Source of the DNA: Eubacteriales bacterium
GTDB taxonomy: Bacteria > Bacillota > Clostridia > Christensenellales > CAG-917
Length of the DNA: 64,000 nucleotides
Assembly (NCBI GenBank): GCA_035449045.1
Contig: DAOTKC010000003.1
Coordinates: forward strand, 15,343 to 79,342
Reading direction: 5' to 3'
Shown piece after piece: positions 29,263-40,243 of this stretch (its first letter is position 1; each line of letters opens with the position of its first letter). A program made the position numbers and the translations under genes. The notes beneath the pieces are model-generated. The model searched no databases. It was not told where the DNA came from and was given only the letters and a program-made list of their open reading frames with translations.

Positions 29263-30942
29263 TTATTTTTCTTTTGCTTCCAAGACTTTCTCGCTGTATT
29301 CGCCCGTCAGCGTGTTGAAAATCAGCTTTTTGGTATCGCCCTGCTTGAACACTATTTGGATAATATTATTATTTAAGTATTCGGCGGAGATTATTTGGGC
29401 ATCGCTTTTTTTGTAGGTTTTCAAAAGAAGCTGCAATTTTTTGTCATCGTAGGTGCCGATGTCGTCGGAGACGAACAAGATGTTGCCGAACATATTGTTG
29501 ATTTTAGCCAAAATCTCTTTCTGCGTCCACGAATACTTGGCGTTTTCGTCGCGGAGGAAGAAGACGTCGGGGTCGTTGACGAAGGCGCGGCCATCGAGGT
29601 GGCGGCGGAAGATGGTGTTGTTCATGGCGTTTTTGGTGCTGATGATTTCCTGATTGGTTATCTTGGCGTAGAACTTTTCCTTAAAGCTAAGCTCGGCGTC
29701 GCAGCTTATTCTGCAAAGCTCAAACTTGCCGAAAGCGGGAGCCATCGGCACGCCGCACCCTAAAATCAGCTTGTCGCGGCAGCATTCGCGAAGGAAATCG
29801 ACGGCTTCATACATGATTTGCCCACGCGTTTTATTGTTTCTCGGGACCATGCAGGCGCCGTAAAGAAAGTCGAGCTTGACCATGTCGAAGCCCCACTCGT
29901 CAAAAACCTTGTCGAAGCAGCTCTTAATGTATGCCGCGCATTCGGGGATATAGAAATCAAGCGCATAAAAGCCGCCCCACGCGATTCCGGCGACAATGGG
30001 CTTACCTTTTTTGTTTTTAATCGTCCAGTCGGGATGGTCTTTCAGGACCTGAGATTTATACTCGGCGGAAAAGGGCGCCAGCCACAGCCCCGCTTTGTAT
30101 CCCAAGACGTGGACGTCGTCGACAATGGGCTTGAGGCCGCGCGGGAATTTCTCGGGGTTGGGTGTCAGCCAATCGCCGACTAAAGTTTCATAGCCGTCGT
30201 CGATTTGGAAGATGTCGGCCTTGTCGCCCACTCTCGAAAGGCCTTTTAAGTCGCGTAGAATGATGCTTTCGTCGATTTTTTGGAAATAGTTATACCAGCT
30301 TGTATAGCCGCTCATGTGGGAAATCCTCGGCGGAGCTATTTCCATGGCGGCAAAATATTTGTCGAAAACTTCGTCGTAGCCGCCTGTGATTCTGACTATT
30401 TCAAAGAGCGTGTAGGCGGATGCGGGGCTCAGTCCCTCGACGTCCTTTTCAATCCTCACGCGGTCGTGGTTCATGTCGAAGTTAATTATCGTCCAGCCCG
30501 TGCGGTCGGTAAGCGAGCCGATAAGGTCCACTCTCATGCCCGACCTTATGTAGCCGTAGGTATAGCTGTGGAAAGCGCCCGCGACCTTGGCGTAATTTTT
30601 GAACATATAATCGCCCGTCGCGCCCGCGATTTTTTTAATCGCGCCTAAATTGCAAAGGCCGCGAAGCCCGTATTGGCGGTCGGTTTTTTTGTGTTCCTTG
30701 GATGTCGTCCACGATTGATAGCCGTTGGTGAAGACAACCGCGCCCTCGTCGTATACGTATTTATAGCTCAGTGAAACCGCTAAAAGTTCTATTTTCTGCT
30801 TGGGTATTATTTCGAGTTTTAAAAAGTTTTCATTTGAATTTTCGGAGATTTTCAAGGCGAAGTGCTCGTTTTCGGTTTCGGCGCGGAACTTGTAGGCGCC
30901 TATTTTGTAGTCAATCGAAAATCCAAAATCTTTCAAATTCAT
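29263..30942 (-). CDS. alpha-galactosidase-like glycoside hydrolase (clan GH-D, GH36/GH27-like)
   Basis: Melibiase-type motifs FQIDDGYETLVGDW, MVKLDF and NDPD. ATG at 30942 after GAGG; the track begins at a GTG four codons upstream. Its stop codon abuts the ylmE ATG (TAAATG). Confidence 0.65.
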   Translation of the reverse strand: MNLKDFGFSIDYKIGAYKFRAETENEHFALKISENSNENFLKLEIIPKQKIELLAVSLSYKYVYDEGAVVFTNGYQSWTTSKEHKKTDRQYGLRGLCNLGAIKKIAGATGDYMFKNYAKVAGAFHSYTYGYIRSGMRVDLIGSLTDRTGWTIINFDMNHDRVRIEKDVEGLSPASAYTLFEIVRITGGYDEVFDKYFAAMEIAPPRISHMSGYTSWYNYFQKIDESIILRDLKGLSRVGDKADIFQIDDGYETLVGDWLTPNPEKFPRGLKPIVDDVHVLGYKAGLWLAPFSAEYKSQVLKDHPDWTIKNKKGKPIVAGIAWGGFYALDFYIPECAAYIKSCFDKVFDEWGFDMVKLDFLYGACMVPRNNKTRGQIMYEAVDFLRECCRDKLILGCGVPMAPAFGKFELCRISCDAELSFKEKFYAKITNQEIISTKNAMNNTIFRRHLDGRAFVNDPDVFFLRDENAKYSWTQKEILAKINNMFGNILFVSDDIGTYDDKKLQLLLKTYKKSDAQIISAEYLNNNIIQIVFKQGDTKKLIFNTLTGEYSEKVLEAKEK

Positions 30943-31076
30943 AAAAAACCTCACGCCCGTTTTGGGAACATATATAAATTATATAATAATAATACCTGCC
31001 TGTAAAGGCTTTTCCGCCGTGGAAAAAGACAAAAAACCGCGATTTATATCCGCTTTTCTTATTTTAAACCTTTGGT

Positions 31077-32363
<1,287 letters not shown>

Positions 32364-32496
32364 TCAATCTTAAATAATCCCGTCTTTCTGCATGCAAAGC
32401 CGACTGAATTATTATTGACTATTTTGCTTTGCGTTTCGCTTTGATTCTAGTTTTTTATATTTCGATTGTAATAACAGAAAAAGTTTTTTCTTTTTA

Positions 32497-33864
32497 TTAA
32501 TTGTTATTCTTAAATCTCTCTATTATAGTTCTCGCCGCGGTTTTGCCCGCGCCCATGGCGAGAATGACGGTGGCTGCGCCCGTCACGGCGTCGCCGCCCG
32601 CAAAGAGGTTTTCGACGTTGGTTTCGCCGTTTTCATTTATCAAAATCGTGCCTTTATCGGTGGTATTCAACCGTTTAAAGCTGTTTTTGAGCAATGGGTT
32701 GGGAGTCGTTCCCAAAGCCACTATCACTTGGTCGCAGGCTATTTCGTGCTCCGAGCCCGGGACAGCAATAGGCCTTCTGCGCCCCGAAGCGTCGGGCTCG
32801 CCCAACTCCATTTTTATGCATCTGATGCCGGTAACTCGGCCGTTTTCACCCAAAATCTCGATGGGATTGGTAAGCAACCTAAACTCCACGCCCTCCTCGA
32901 GCGCGTGCTCGATTTCCTCGGCGCGGGCGGGCATCTCCTCTCTGGTGCGGCGGTAAACAAGAGTTACTTTGCCGCCCAGACGAAGCGCGGTGCGCGCCGA
33001 GTCCATGGCGACGTTGCCGGCGCCAACCACCACCACGTTCTTGCCGCGAATCAGCGGCGTGTCGGAATCCTCGCGGTAGGCCTTCATAAGATTGACGCGC
33101 GTAAGGTATTCGTTGGCGCTGTATACTCCGTTCAGGTTTTCGCCCTTGACGCCCAAAAACGAAGGCAGGCCGGCGCCCGTCGCGATGTATACCGCGTCGT
33201 TTTCCTTCATAAGCTCGTCGACGGTGATTGTCTTGCCGATAACGGCGTTCAATTCTATTTTGACGCCCAAATCTAGGAGCGTTTCTATCTCGCGCTCCAC
33301 GATATCCTTGGGAAGCCTGAATTCGGGAATGCCATAAATCAAAACGCCGCCCGCCTTGTGAAGGCTTTCGTAGATTGTTACCTCAAAGCCGGCAAGAGCG
33401 AGGTCGGCGGCGGCGGTCAAGCCCGAGGGGCCGCTGCCTATGACGGCGGCCTTGCGGCCGTTTTTGGCGGCGGGTTTTATCTCCGATTTCGCTTTCAACG
33501 CGTAGTCGCCGATAAACCTCTCAAGATAGCCTATGCCGACGGAGCCGCCAAGTTTTGCCTTGCGGACGCAGTATTTCTCGCACTGCTCCTCTTGGGGGCA
33601 GACTCTGCCGCAGACGGAGGGCAAGTTGTTGTCGCCCTTCATGACCTTGACGGAGGCGGCAAAATCGCGATTTTTAATGCAAGAAATGAATTCGGGGATG
33701 GAAACGCCTACCGGACAGCCCTTCTTGCAGGGCGCGTTTTTGCATTGAAGGCATCTCTCCGCCTCTTTGACCGCCGTCTCTTCGTCGTATCCGAGCGCAA
33801 CTTCGCCGAAACCTTTAATTCTCTCTTTAGCATCCGCCGTGGGGATGGGATTTCTTTTTTCCAT
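32497..33864 (-). CDS. nfnB: NADPH-dependent glutamate synthase small-subunit homolog (NfnB/SudA-like)
   Basis: N-terminal 2x[4Fe-4S] cysteine motifs (CLQCKNAPCKKGCP..., CGRVCPQEEQCEKYC) and two Rossmann GxGxxG motifs. Paired with a ferredoxin-NADP reductase-like subunit. Confidence 0.8.
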   Translation of the reverse strand: MEKRNPIPTADAKERIKGFGEVALGYDEETAVKEAERCLQCKNAPCKKGCPVGVSIPEFISCIKNRDFAASVKVMKGDNNLPSVCGRVCPQEEQCEKYCVRKAKLGGSVGIGYLERFIGDYALKAKSEIKPAAKNGRKAAVIGSGPSGLTAAADLALAGFEVTIYESLHKAGGVLIYGIPEFRLPKDIVEREIETLLDLGVKIELNAVIGKTITVDELMKENDAVYIATGAGLPSFLGVKGENLNGVYSANEYLTRVNLMKAYREDSDTPLIRGKNVVVVGAGNVAMDSARTALRLGGKVTLVYRRTREEMPARAEEIEHALEEGVEFRLLTNPIEILGENGRVTGIRCIKMELGEPDASGRRRPIAVPGSEHEIACDQVIVALGTTPNPLLKNSFKRLNTTDKGTILINENGETNVENLFAGGDAVTGAATVILAMGAGKTAARTIIERFKNNN

Positions 33865-33992
33865 ATCTTCCTCGCTGTTTGAGGTCTTCTTAGCTTGTTT
33901 TAGCTTTTTGGGTTGTGTTAAATTTTAACCACAGAATTTGTTAGACTTTTTTTCGCCGTTACTTAGCTTTATTGAACGGAATTTTGAACCAT

Positions 33993-34823
33993 TCAGCCCT
34001 TCTTTGGCGCACCGCTCAAGCGGCAGATATGCTCTTTTTCCTGTTCGACATAGGTGCGTGAGCGCGCCATCGCCTCCTCGAAATCGACGAGGTGGCCGTC
34101 GAACTCGGGCCCGTCTACGCAGGCGTATTTAACTTTACCGCCCACGGTGAGGCGGCAGCAACCGCACATACCGGTGCCGTCCACCATGATGCTGTTCATG
34201 CTAACAATAGTCTTTAATCCGTAGCCGCGCGTGAGGTTGGCGACCGCCCGCATCATGGGCAACGGCCCGACCGCGAATACGGCGTCATAGTTTTTCCCCT
34301 CTTTTATGAGCGCTTCAAGCTTTGCCGTCACAAAACCTTTCTCGCCGCGGCTGCCGTCGTCGGTCACGACGCAGAGATTTTCCGAAAACTGCCGCATTTC
34401 GTCCTCATAGACCAAAAGCGAAGCCGTTCTCGCCCCGATTATGGAATCGGCGGGCTTTCCCTCTTTAAACAAATGCTTAGCCTGCGGATAGACGACGGCG
34501 GTGCCTATTCCGCCTCCGACGAGTAATATTTTACCGAAATCCTCAAGGTCGGTGGCGTTGCCGAGCGGACCTACTAAATCGTGGATATACTCCCCCTCTT
34601 CTTTTTGCGCCAGCTTCATAGTGGTGTATCCCACCGTCTGCACCAAAATCGTTATGCCGTCGTCGTGAATGTCGCAGATGGTAAAGGGCACGCGCTCGCC
34701 CTCGGCGTCGACGCGAAGGATGATAAACTGGCCGGGCTTGGCGTGCGCGGCAACTTTAGAACATAAAAACCGGTATTCAATTGCGTTTTCGGCAAGAGTT
34801 CTCTTTTTCAGTATCTTATACAT
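33993..34823 (-). CDS. nfnA: FAD/NAD-binding, [2Fe-2S] ferredoxin-NADP reductase-like subunit (NfnA/SudB-like)
   Basis: PyrK-like fold with a C-terminal cysteine cluster (CGCC...C). ATG at 34823 after GGAG; the track begins 16 codons earlier. Confidence 0.8.
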   Translation of the reverse strand: MYKILKKRTLAENAIEYRFLCSKVAAHAKPGQFIILRVDAEGERVPFTICDIHDDGITILVQTVGYTTMKLAQKEEGEYIHDLVGPLGNATDLEDFGKILLVGGGIGTAVVYPQAKHLFKEGKPADSIIGARTASLLVYEDEMRQFSENLCVVTDDGSRGEKGFVTAKLEALIKEGKNYDAVFAVGPLPMMRAVANLTRGYGLKTIVSMNSIMVDGTGMCGCCRLTVGGKVKYACVDGPEFDGHLVDFEEAMARSRTYVEQEKEHICRLSGAPKKG

Positions 34824-34922
34824 CGTTTGCTCCGTTTTACATTTTCTATCGCCGCATTTCAGGGCTTTCAACGGCTAATTTTTGTGATTTTACCGAGTAT
34901 GCGGTATTACCTTTTATTGAAA

Positions 34923-35588
34923 TCAGGGATTATTCGCATTGGGCGAAGGGTTAAGCTTTAGCGTGGTCTTATAGTATTCGCAAATATCGGTGAGGGCGCA
35001 GACGCCGCATTCGGGGCTTTGGGCGCGGCAGATGTAACGGCCGTGGAAAATTAAAAGATGGTGGAGATTTCGCCACATCGAACGGTCGAAAAACTCCATC
35101 AGTTGCTGTTCCGTCTTTTCGGGCGTGGCGGCGTCGGCTATACCTATGCGGTTGCTAACTCTAAATACATGGGTGTCGACGGCGATGGCGTCGGAGCCGA
35201 AAGCCACCGAGGTTATGACGTTGGCGGTTTTTCTGCCCACGCCGGCAAGCTTGATGAGGTCGTCGAAGTTATCGGGGACGCGGCCGCCGTAGTTTGCGAC
35301 AATGTCGCGGGCGGCGAAAACGATGTTTTTGGCTTTGTTCCGGTAAAATCCACAGGAAAAAATGTGCGGCTCGAGCTCGGCGGGCTCGATTGCGGCAAAA
35401 GCCTCGGGAGTATTCCAAATTTTAAAGAGTTTTTCGGTGACGATGTTGACGCGCTTGTCGGTGCATTGCGCCGACAAAATCACGGCAACCAAAAGCTCAA
35501 AAGGCGAGCTGTAATTAAGCTCGCAATGCGCCTCGGGGTGCATTTCCTTAAGCCTCGAATATACCGCTTCCGCCAAATTCATTTCCAT
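34923..35588 (-). CDS. nth: endonuclease III
   Basis: HhH-GPD motif (LAGVGRKTANV), catalytic Lys/Asp region and a C-terminal Fe-S cluster Cx6Cx2Cx5C. Confidence 0.93.
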   Translation of the reverse strand: MEMNLAEAVYSRLKEMHPEAHCELNYSSPFELLVAVILSAQCTDKRVNIVTEKLFKIWNTPEAFAAIEPAELEPHIFSCGFYRNKAKNIVFAARDIVANYGGRVPDNFDDLIKLAGVGRKTANVITSVAFGSDAIAVDTHVFRVSNRIGIADAATPEKTEQQLMEFFDRSMWRNLHHLLIFHGRYICRAQSPECGVCALTDICEYYKTTLKLNPSPNANNP

Positions 35589-35756
35589 ATTATGCGTTAT
35601 ATTATGGCATATTTTGGATTTAAGGGCAAGTATTAGGCTCGAAATGTTTTTATTCCTTTTTATCGGCTTAAACGGATTGATATTTTTTGCGGCAGGGCTT
35701 TTTGTAAAAGCCGCGCCGAAAATGCGGCGCGGCTTAAATCGAACTTATTTTGAGCA

Positions 35757-36881
35757 TTAAGCTGAGGTGTGCTTAACTATTTTTTCAATCGCGTTCAAAA
35801 AAGCCGCGGCGTCGCGGTCGGTGTTGTTGAAGCCGACGCTGGCGCGCACCATGCCCTGCTTTTCGGTGCCGTAATATTTATGAAGCAGCGGCGCGCAGTG
35901 AAGGCCGCTTCTGACGGCGATATCGGCGGCGTTCAAAAGGTCGGCGACGTCGCTTGAAGGGATGTCGCCTAAGTTGAATGACACTATTCCCGCCCGTGCG
36001 TCCTTGGTGTAAACCTTGACGCCGAGAGAGGTTAAGCCGTAAATAAGCTCTCCCCCGATTTTTTCAATCAACGCGTTCCCTTCTCTAAGGTGCGAATAAG
36101 TCCAGCGCACTGCCTCGCCCAGCGCGGCTATTCCCGCCGAAAACAGCGTGCCGCTTTCCAAACTTTCGGGATAACCCTCGGGTTGGGTGACGCTGCTCGA
36201 ATATGTGCCGGTGCCGCCCAAAATGAGCGGCGCGATTTTAACTTTGTCGGAAAAGACCAAGACGCCCGTCCCTTGAAAACCGTGAAGCCCCTTATGACCG
36301 GGCAGCGCCAGCATATCGACGCCCATCTTTAAAAAATCAAAATATATGTGCGGCACGCCCTGCGCGCCGTCCACCAAAAAGACTATATTTTTGCTTTTGG
36401 CGAGCTTGCCTATCCCCTCGATATCGGCCACGGCACCGGTGACGTTAGAGACAAAATTTACCGCGATGAGGGATGTATCGCGCCTGATATACGGCTCGAT
36501 TTCGGAGGCAGTTACAAAGCCCTCGTCGTTGGGCTCAATCAGCGTAACCGCCACTTTATCTGTCGAGTTCAGCCGATAAAGCGGGCGAAGCGTGGAATTA
36601 TGCTCTAAAACGGTGGAGATGATGTGTCCTTTGAATCCGCCTTTCAGAAGGCAGAGATTGAGGGCTTCGGTGCAGTTTTTGGTGAACACCACGTTGGCCG
36701 ATTGTGCGGCAAGTTTATCTTGAATTATTGCCCGTGTTTCCTCTATTTTTAAAGCGGTCGTTATGGCGTCGCGGTGGGCGCTTCTGCCGCTGTTGCTGCT
36801 TTTTGTGAGCTCGTTTATCAATATGTTCAAGGCAGACTTAGGCTTAAAGCGCGAGGTCGCCGCGTTGTCAAAATATATCAT
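35757..36881 (-). CDS. class V aminotransferase-fold cysteine desulfurase family protein
   Basis: PLP-lysine context (ALPGHKGLHG) and the active-site loop SGLHCAP. GAGGAA RBS. Confidence 0.8.
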   Translation of the reverse strand: MIYFDNAATSRFKPKSALNILINELTKSSNSGRSAHRDAITTALKIEETRAIIQDKLAAQSANVVFTKNCTEALNLCLLKGGFKGHIISTVLEHNSTLRPLYRLNSTDKVAVTLIEPNDEGFVTASEIEPYIRRDTSLIAVNFVSNVTGAVADIEGIGKLAKSKNIVFLVDGAQGVPHIYFDFLKMGVDMLALPGHKGLHGFQGTGVLVFSDKVKIAPLILGGTGTYSSSVTQPEGYPESLESGTLFSAGIAALGEAVRWTYSHLREGNALIEKIGGELIYGLTSLGVKVYTKDARAGIVSFNLGDIPSSDVADLLNAADIAVRSGLHCAPLLHKYYGTEKQGMVRASVGFNNTDRDAAAFLNAIEKIVKHTSA

Positions 36882-36963
36882 AATTCCTCATTTTCGGACA
36901 TAAAATTTTATTCCATAATATAGTGTATTAGACCGAATGTGATTTGGTTATAGAGGTTATGAT

Positions 36964-37218
36964 ATGAAAGAAAGAACGGGCTCCGGCTTCAGAGCGGCCG
37001 TCTTTAGGTCGCGCTCTCAAGCCATAAAATTTCAGGAGGCGCTGCGAAGTTATAGAATTCCGTCAAATATAATAAACACGCCGAGGGAGCTTTCGCAGGG
37101 CTGCGGGCTCTCGGTGCGATTTGATGAAAGGTTTGAAAAAAACGTAAAAATGGTGCTATCGAGAATGCAGCTTTCCTCCTATGTGGGCATTTACCCGATT
37201 TCGGGCGAAATATTGTAG
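36964..37218 (+). CDS. DUF3343-like small protein (putative S/Se-trafficking partner)
   Basis: 84 aa with the family-typical motif TPRELSQGCGLSVRF. Divergent from the cysteine desulfurase gene. Confidence 0.55.
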   Translation: MKERTGSGFRAAVFRSRSQAIKFQEALRSYRIPSNIINTPRELSQGCGLSVRFDERFEKNVKMVLSRMQLSSYVGIYPISGEIL

Positions 37219-37344
37219 ATTGATAAATCAAACAAAAGCAGGAAAGACGGAAACTAAAGCAACAATAGAGGCCTTGTAATTTAGAACACAAGAACTCGAA
37301 TGAACTTAGGAAGAATAATAGGTCCGGACAAAACATTGAAACAC

Positions 37345-37374
37345 AAAAAAAGCCGACATTTTGTCGGCTTTTTT
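37345..37374. terminator. bidirectional intrinsic terminator
   Basis: AAAAAAAGCCGACA-tttt-GTCGGCTTTTTT between convergent genes. Confidence 0.85.
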
Positions 37375-37402
37375 AATGCGTTTAGAAAAATAAGTTAGTA
37401 AA

Positions 37403-39562
37403 TTAGGTTCTCTTCCAGCTCTTGAACCACTTCTTGACGGAAACCAAGAAGGTGTCGCGCATGGGCGGGATTTCCTTTCTCTGGCCGTTGTTGCAAATCA
37501 TATAAGTGAGGTAGCCGTAGTAAAGCGTGACGAGCACGGCGAACACCGACATCATGATATAGAACACTTCGATGCTCTCGAAGTTGACCAAAGGCCCTGC
37601 CGGCTTAGACGCCACAAATCCCGATATGTTCATGAGCTGGGCGATGTTGAGGAAGTTCAGAAGCGAAAGCGCGAAGAAGACGAAGTAGAGCCGCTTCTCG
37701 CCCGCCAGCATAATATAGGCAAGCAACATGCCGAGCGAAAGGAATAGATAAGTTTCGGTGTGTTTGAGCGTGAACACCGAAATTATGGCGAAGGTGAACG
37801 ACGCCAAAAGCATAAGCTCGAGGCGGTTGCGGTTTTTGAGATAGAGCGAAATGACGTAGACGACCAACACCAGAATGAAGATAAGGTTGAATATCGACGC
37901 CGTATTATTGACTATCTTATTGTTCATGCCGACCATGCCGTAGAGGTTGAAGTTGTTGGAAACGAAATAGTCGACGTCCTTCATCATGGCGGTATATTTG
38001 CCTAAAATATAGAAGGGCTTGGAGGGCTTAGCCGCGATAAATTCATAGGCGAAGGGCAGCGAAAGCAACCAGAACGCCACAAATACGGCCACCGTGCCGC
38101 CGATGGTCAGCGCCAGCAGCTTTTTGAAGTCGCCCTTATCCTGCGCTCTGTATTCTTTATAGCAGAGATAGCCGAGGTAAGCCAGAATGAGCGGCACAAC
38201 TGCCATTGCGTCGAGGCTTAAAAGCACCGAGAAAAGCACGGTGACAAACATCCAAATATACTTCTTTTCTATGAGAAGAATGAATGTCAGAAGGAGTAGC
38301 GCGGCGAGTATGGAATCAAAGCTGCCGCGGACGCCCGAAAGCACCAATGCGACGGGAAGCAGCGCGTAGATAACGGAATAGAGCGCAGCGAGCTTTGGTC
38401 CGACGTATTTCTTGCCGAAGAAGAACAGCATGGCAACCACAGCGGTGTCGGCGATAACGGCAGGAAGTTTCAGAAGAAGCGCGAAGCCCATGCTCGACGT
38501 TTCCAGTTTAAACAGCTTGCCCAGCCCGCCGATGATGCTCAGAATATAGAGTTCGCCCGGCGAATAGAGAGTGGAAGGATTAAGCGTGTAAAACTTATGA
38601 AGACCTTTGGCAATCAGTTGTTGAGCCGTCGAGAGAAGACCCGCCGTTTCTTTGCCGAAGCCATACATTGTGGAAGCAAAAACCATTCGCACCGCGAACG
38701 CAAGCGCTATCAGAGCGGCCGCCACGATAGCGGTATCTTTGAATTTTCCGCCTGTGAAGAAACGCCCTTCGAGCGTGGAACGGTCGGCCAGCATCCGCCT
38801 CAGCACAACATATCCTCCGACGACTAAAGCCGCCGAGAAAATACCTATAAAGGTCTCGAACAAAATTCCGCCGATAGCCTTGTTGTAAAGCACGCTGTCT
38901 TTTCTGACGATATCGGTGACTGTCGCCGACTTGGGAATGCTTTGGACGCGAACCATGGAGACCTTGTCGAAGCGCGCGGTCGCCGCAGCGGGAGCGTCTT
39001 CGGCGCCAACTCTTAAGCATAGCGTGAGATAGTCGGAATTTCTGGGCTTGACGTAGACGGTCGCTTCCGTCCATTTACCGTATGTGAGCTGCTCGGCGAG
39101 CACTACTTCGGTGTTTTCCAAAAAGCTTAAGTGTGCGCCCGTCACGTTGGCAACCGAGCCCGGGGTAGCCTGCGCGTTTTGATAGTAAGCGAGGGTAATG
39201 CGGTAGGTCGCGCCTCTCGTCACCGCGATCGTCTGGTAGGCATAGCCCACGTTGGCGGAGGAGTTGGTGATTCTGAGATACTGCTTGCCGTAGCTTGCGT
39301 CGGGCGTGCCGTTAATCTTGGCGATATCGCCCGTCAGCGTGTGCCCCACCTTATCGAACTTGGTGTTGGCGGCGGTGCCGACTTTGCCGAACTGCCAATC
39401 GGTGAAAGTCGAGGTCTCATCGTCGAAGTCCTCGAAGTTGCCGTTTAAAACCAGCTCTTCGTCAAAGGGGCCGCCGGTGTCGTTGCAGCCGTATAAGAGA
39501 AACGCCGAGGCTATTATAACCGCCGCGATTAAGAGTAAAGCGAATTTTTTATGTTTTTTCAT
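37403..39562 (-). CDS. polytopic membrane protein: lipoprotein-type signal, CBM-like jelly-roll ectodomain and a GT-C-like glycosyltransferase membrane domain
   Basis: N-terminus ends in LLYGC. Residues ~27-215 resemble CBM4_9-type modules (LVLNGNFEDF...W...RIT). They are followed by ~13 TM helices with a YSPGELY loop typical of GT-C (PMT_2/GT39/GT87-like) enzymes. Confidence 0.6.
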   Translation of the reverse strand: MKKHKKFALLLIAAVIIASAFLLYGCNDTGGPFDEELVLNGNFEDFDDETSTFTDWQFGKVGTAANTKFDKVGHTLTGDIAKINGTPDASYGKQYLRITNSSANVGYAYQTIAVTRGATYRITLAYYQNAQATPGSVANVTGAHLSFLENTEVVLAEQLTYGKWTEATVYVKPRNSDYLTLCLRVGAEDAPAAATARFDKVSMVRVQSIPKSATVTDIVRKDSVLYNKAIGGILFETFIGIFSAALVVGGYVVLRRMLADRSTLEGRFFTGGKFKDTAIVAAALIALAFAVRMVFASTMYGFGKETAGLLSTAQQLIAKGLHKFYTLNPSTLYSPGELYILSIIGGLGKLFKLETSSMGFALLLKLPAVIADTAVVAMLFFFGKKYVGPKLAALYSVIYALLPVALVLSGVRGSFDSILAALLLLTFILLIEKKYIWMFVTVLFSVLLSLDAMAVVPLILAYLGYLCYKEYRAQDKGDFKKLLALTIGGTVAVFVAFWLLSLPFAYEFIAAKPSKPFYILGKYTAMMKDVDYFVSNNFNLYGMVGMNNKIVNNTASIFNLIFILVLVVYVISLYLKNRNRLELMLLASFTFAIISVFTLKHTETYLFLSLGMLLAYIMLAGEKRLYFVFFALSLLNFLNIAQLMNISGFVASKPAGPLVNFESIEVFYIMMSVFAVLVTLYYGYLTYMICNNGQRKEIPPMRDTFLVSVKKWFKSWKRT

Positions 39563-39619
39563 TATTGCCTCTAATAGGAATGAATTATTTTGGTGAGGAT
39601 AATTTCTTCTATTAGAAAA

Positions 39620-40054
39620 TTAGAACTTTTTAATTTCCTTGACCTTGGCGGCCTTGCCCTTTCTCTCTCTCAGGTAGTAGAGCTTGGCGCGTCTGACCTT
39701 GCCGTGGCGGATGATTTCGATGTGGTCGATTTTGGTGGAATAGACAGGGAATGTGCGCTCGACGCCGATGCCGTAGGAAAGCCTTCTGACCGTGAAGGTC
39801 TCGCGTAGCCCGCCATTTTTCTTGGCGATAACGGTGCCCTCGAAGTTTTGAAGACGCTCTCTCGTGCCCTCGGTAACTTTGACGAAAACTTTGACGACAT
39901 CGCCCGACGCAACTTCGGGGAAAGCGGCCTTGGCGGCCTCGATATCTTGCTCAGTGAGCTCGGACGCCTCTTTCTTCTTCGCCCTTTGCAGTGCGCGCAG
40001 CGTTAGAATGCGCTCGATTTCTTCTCTTTCGACTAAATCAATGGTGTTGCTCAT
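39620..40054 (-). CDS. rplS: 50S ribosomal protein L19 with a ~29-aa N-terminal insertion
   Basis: Conserved L19 core ([32 protein letters not shown]...[11 protein letters not shown]). GGAGG RBS. Confidence 0.93.
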   Translation of the reverse strand: MSNTIDLVEREEIERILTLRALQRAKKKEASELTEQDIEAAKAAFPEVASGDVVKVFVKVTEGTRERLQNFEGTVIAKKNGGLRETFTVRRLSYGIGVERTFPVYSTKIDHIEIIRHGKVRRAKLYYLRERKGKAAKVKEIKKF

Positions 40055-40083
40055 GACATATACCTCCGTTGTTTTAAAACTAA

Positions 40084-40126
40084 GCGTTCGTTCGCGGGTT
40101 CAAAACCCTATATGCCAGAGGAACGC
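40084..40126 (-). promoter_or_regulatory. structured rplS 5' leader (possible L19 autoregulatory leader)
   Basis: Minus strand reads GCGTTC...GGGTT-ttg-AACCC...GAACGC, a nested hairpin 30-70 nt upstream of the rplS ATG. The similarity to the Firmicute L19 leader is positional only. Confidence 0.3.
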
Positions 40127-40214
40127 CGAGTCATAATGCGGTATAAATATTAACATATATAACATTTTTAGACAACCGTTTTTTAGTTCTCTTAGTAATT
40201 AAATAATAAAATTG

Positions 40215-40243
40215 TTGAATATAACGATGCCGCGGGATATAAT
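40215..40243 (+). promoter_or_regulatory. sigma-A promoter for the DUF4349 gene
   Basis: TTGAAT, a 17-nt spacer, then TATAAT. Confidence 0.6.

Noticed and set aside
37004-37336. 110-aa minus-strand ORF
   Set aside because: It is antisense to the DUF3343-like gene and crosses the terminator. It is Cys/Phe/Leu-rich with no RBS.
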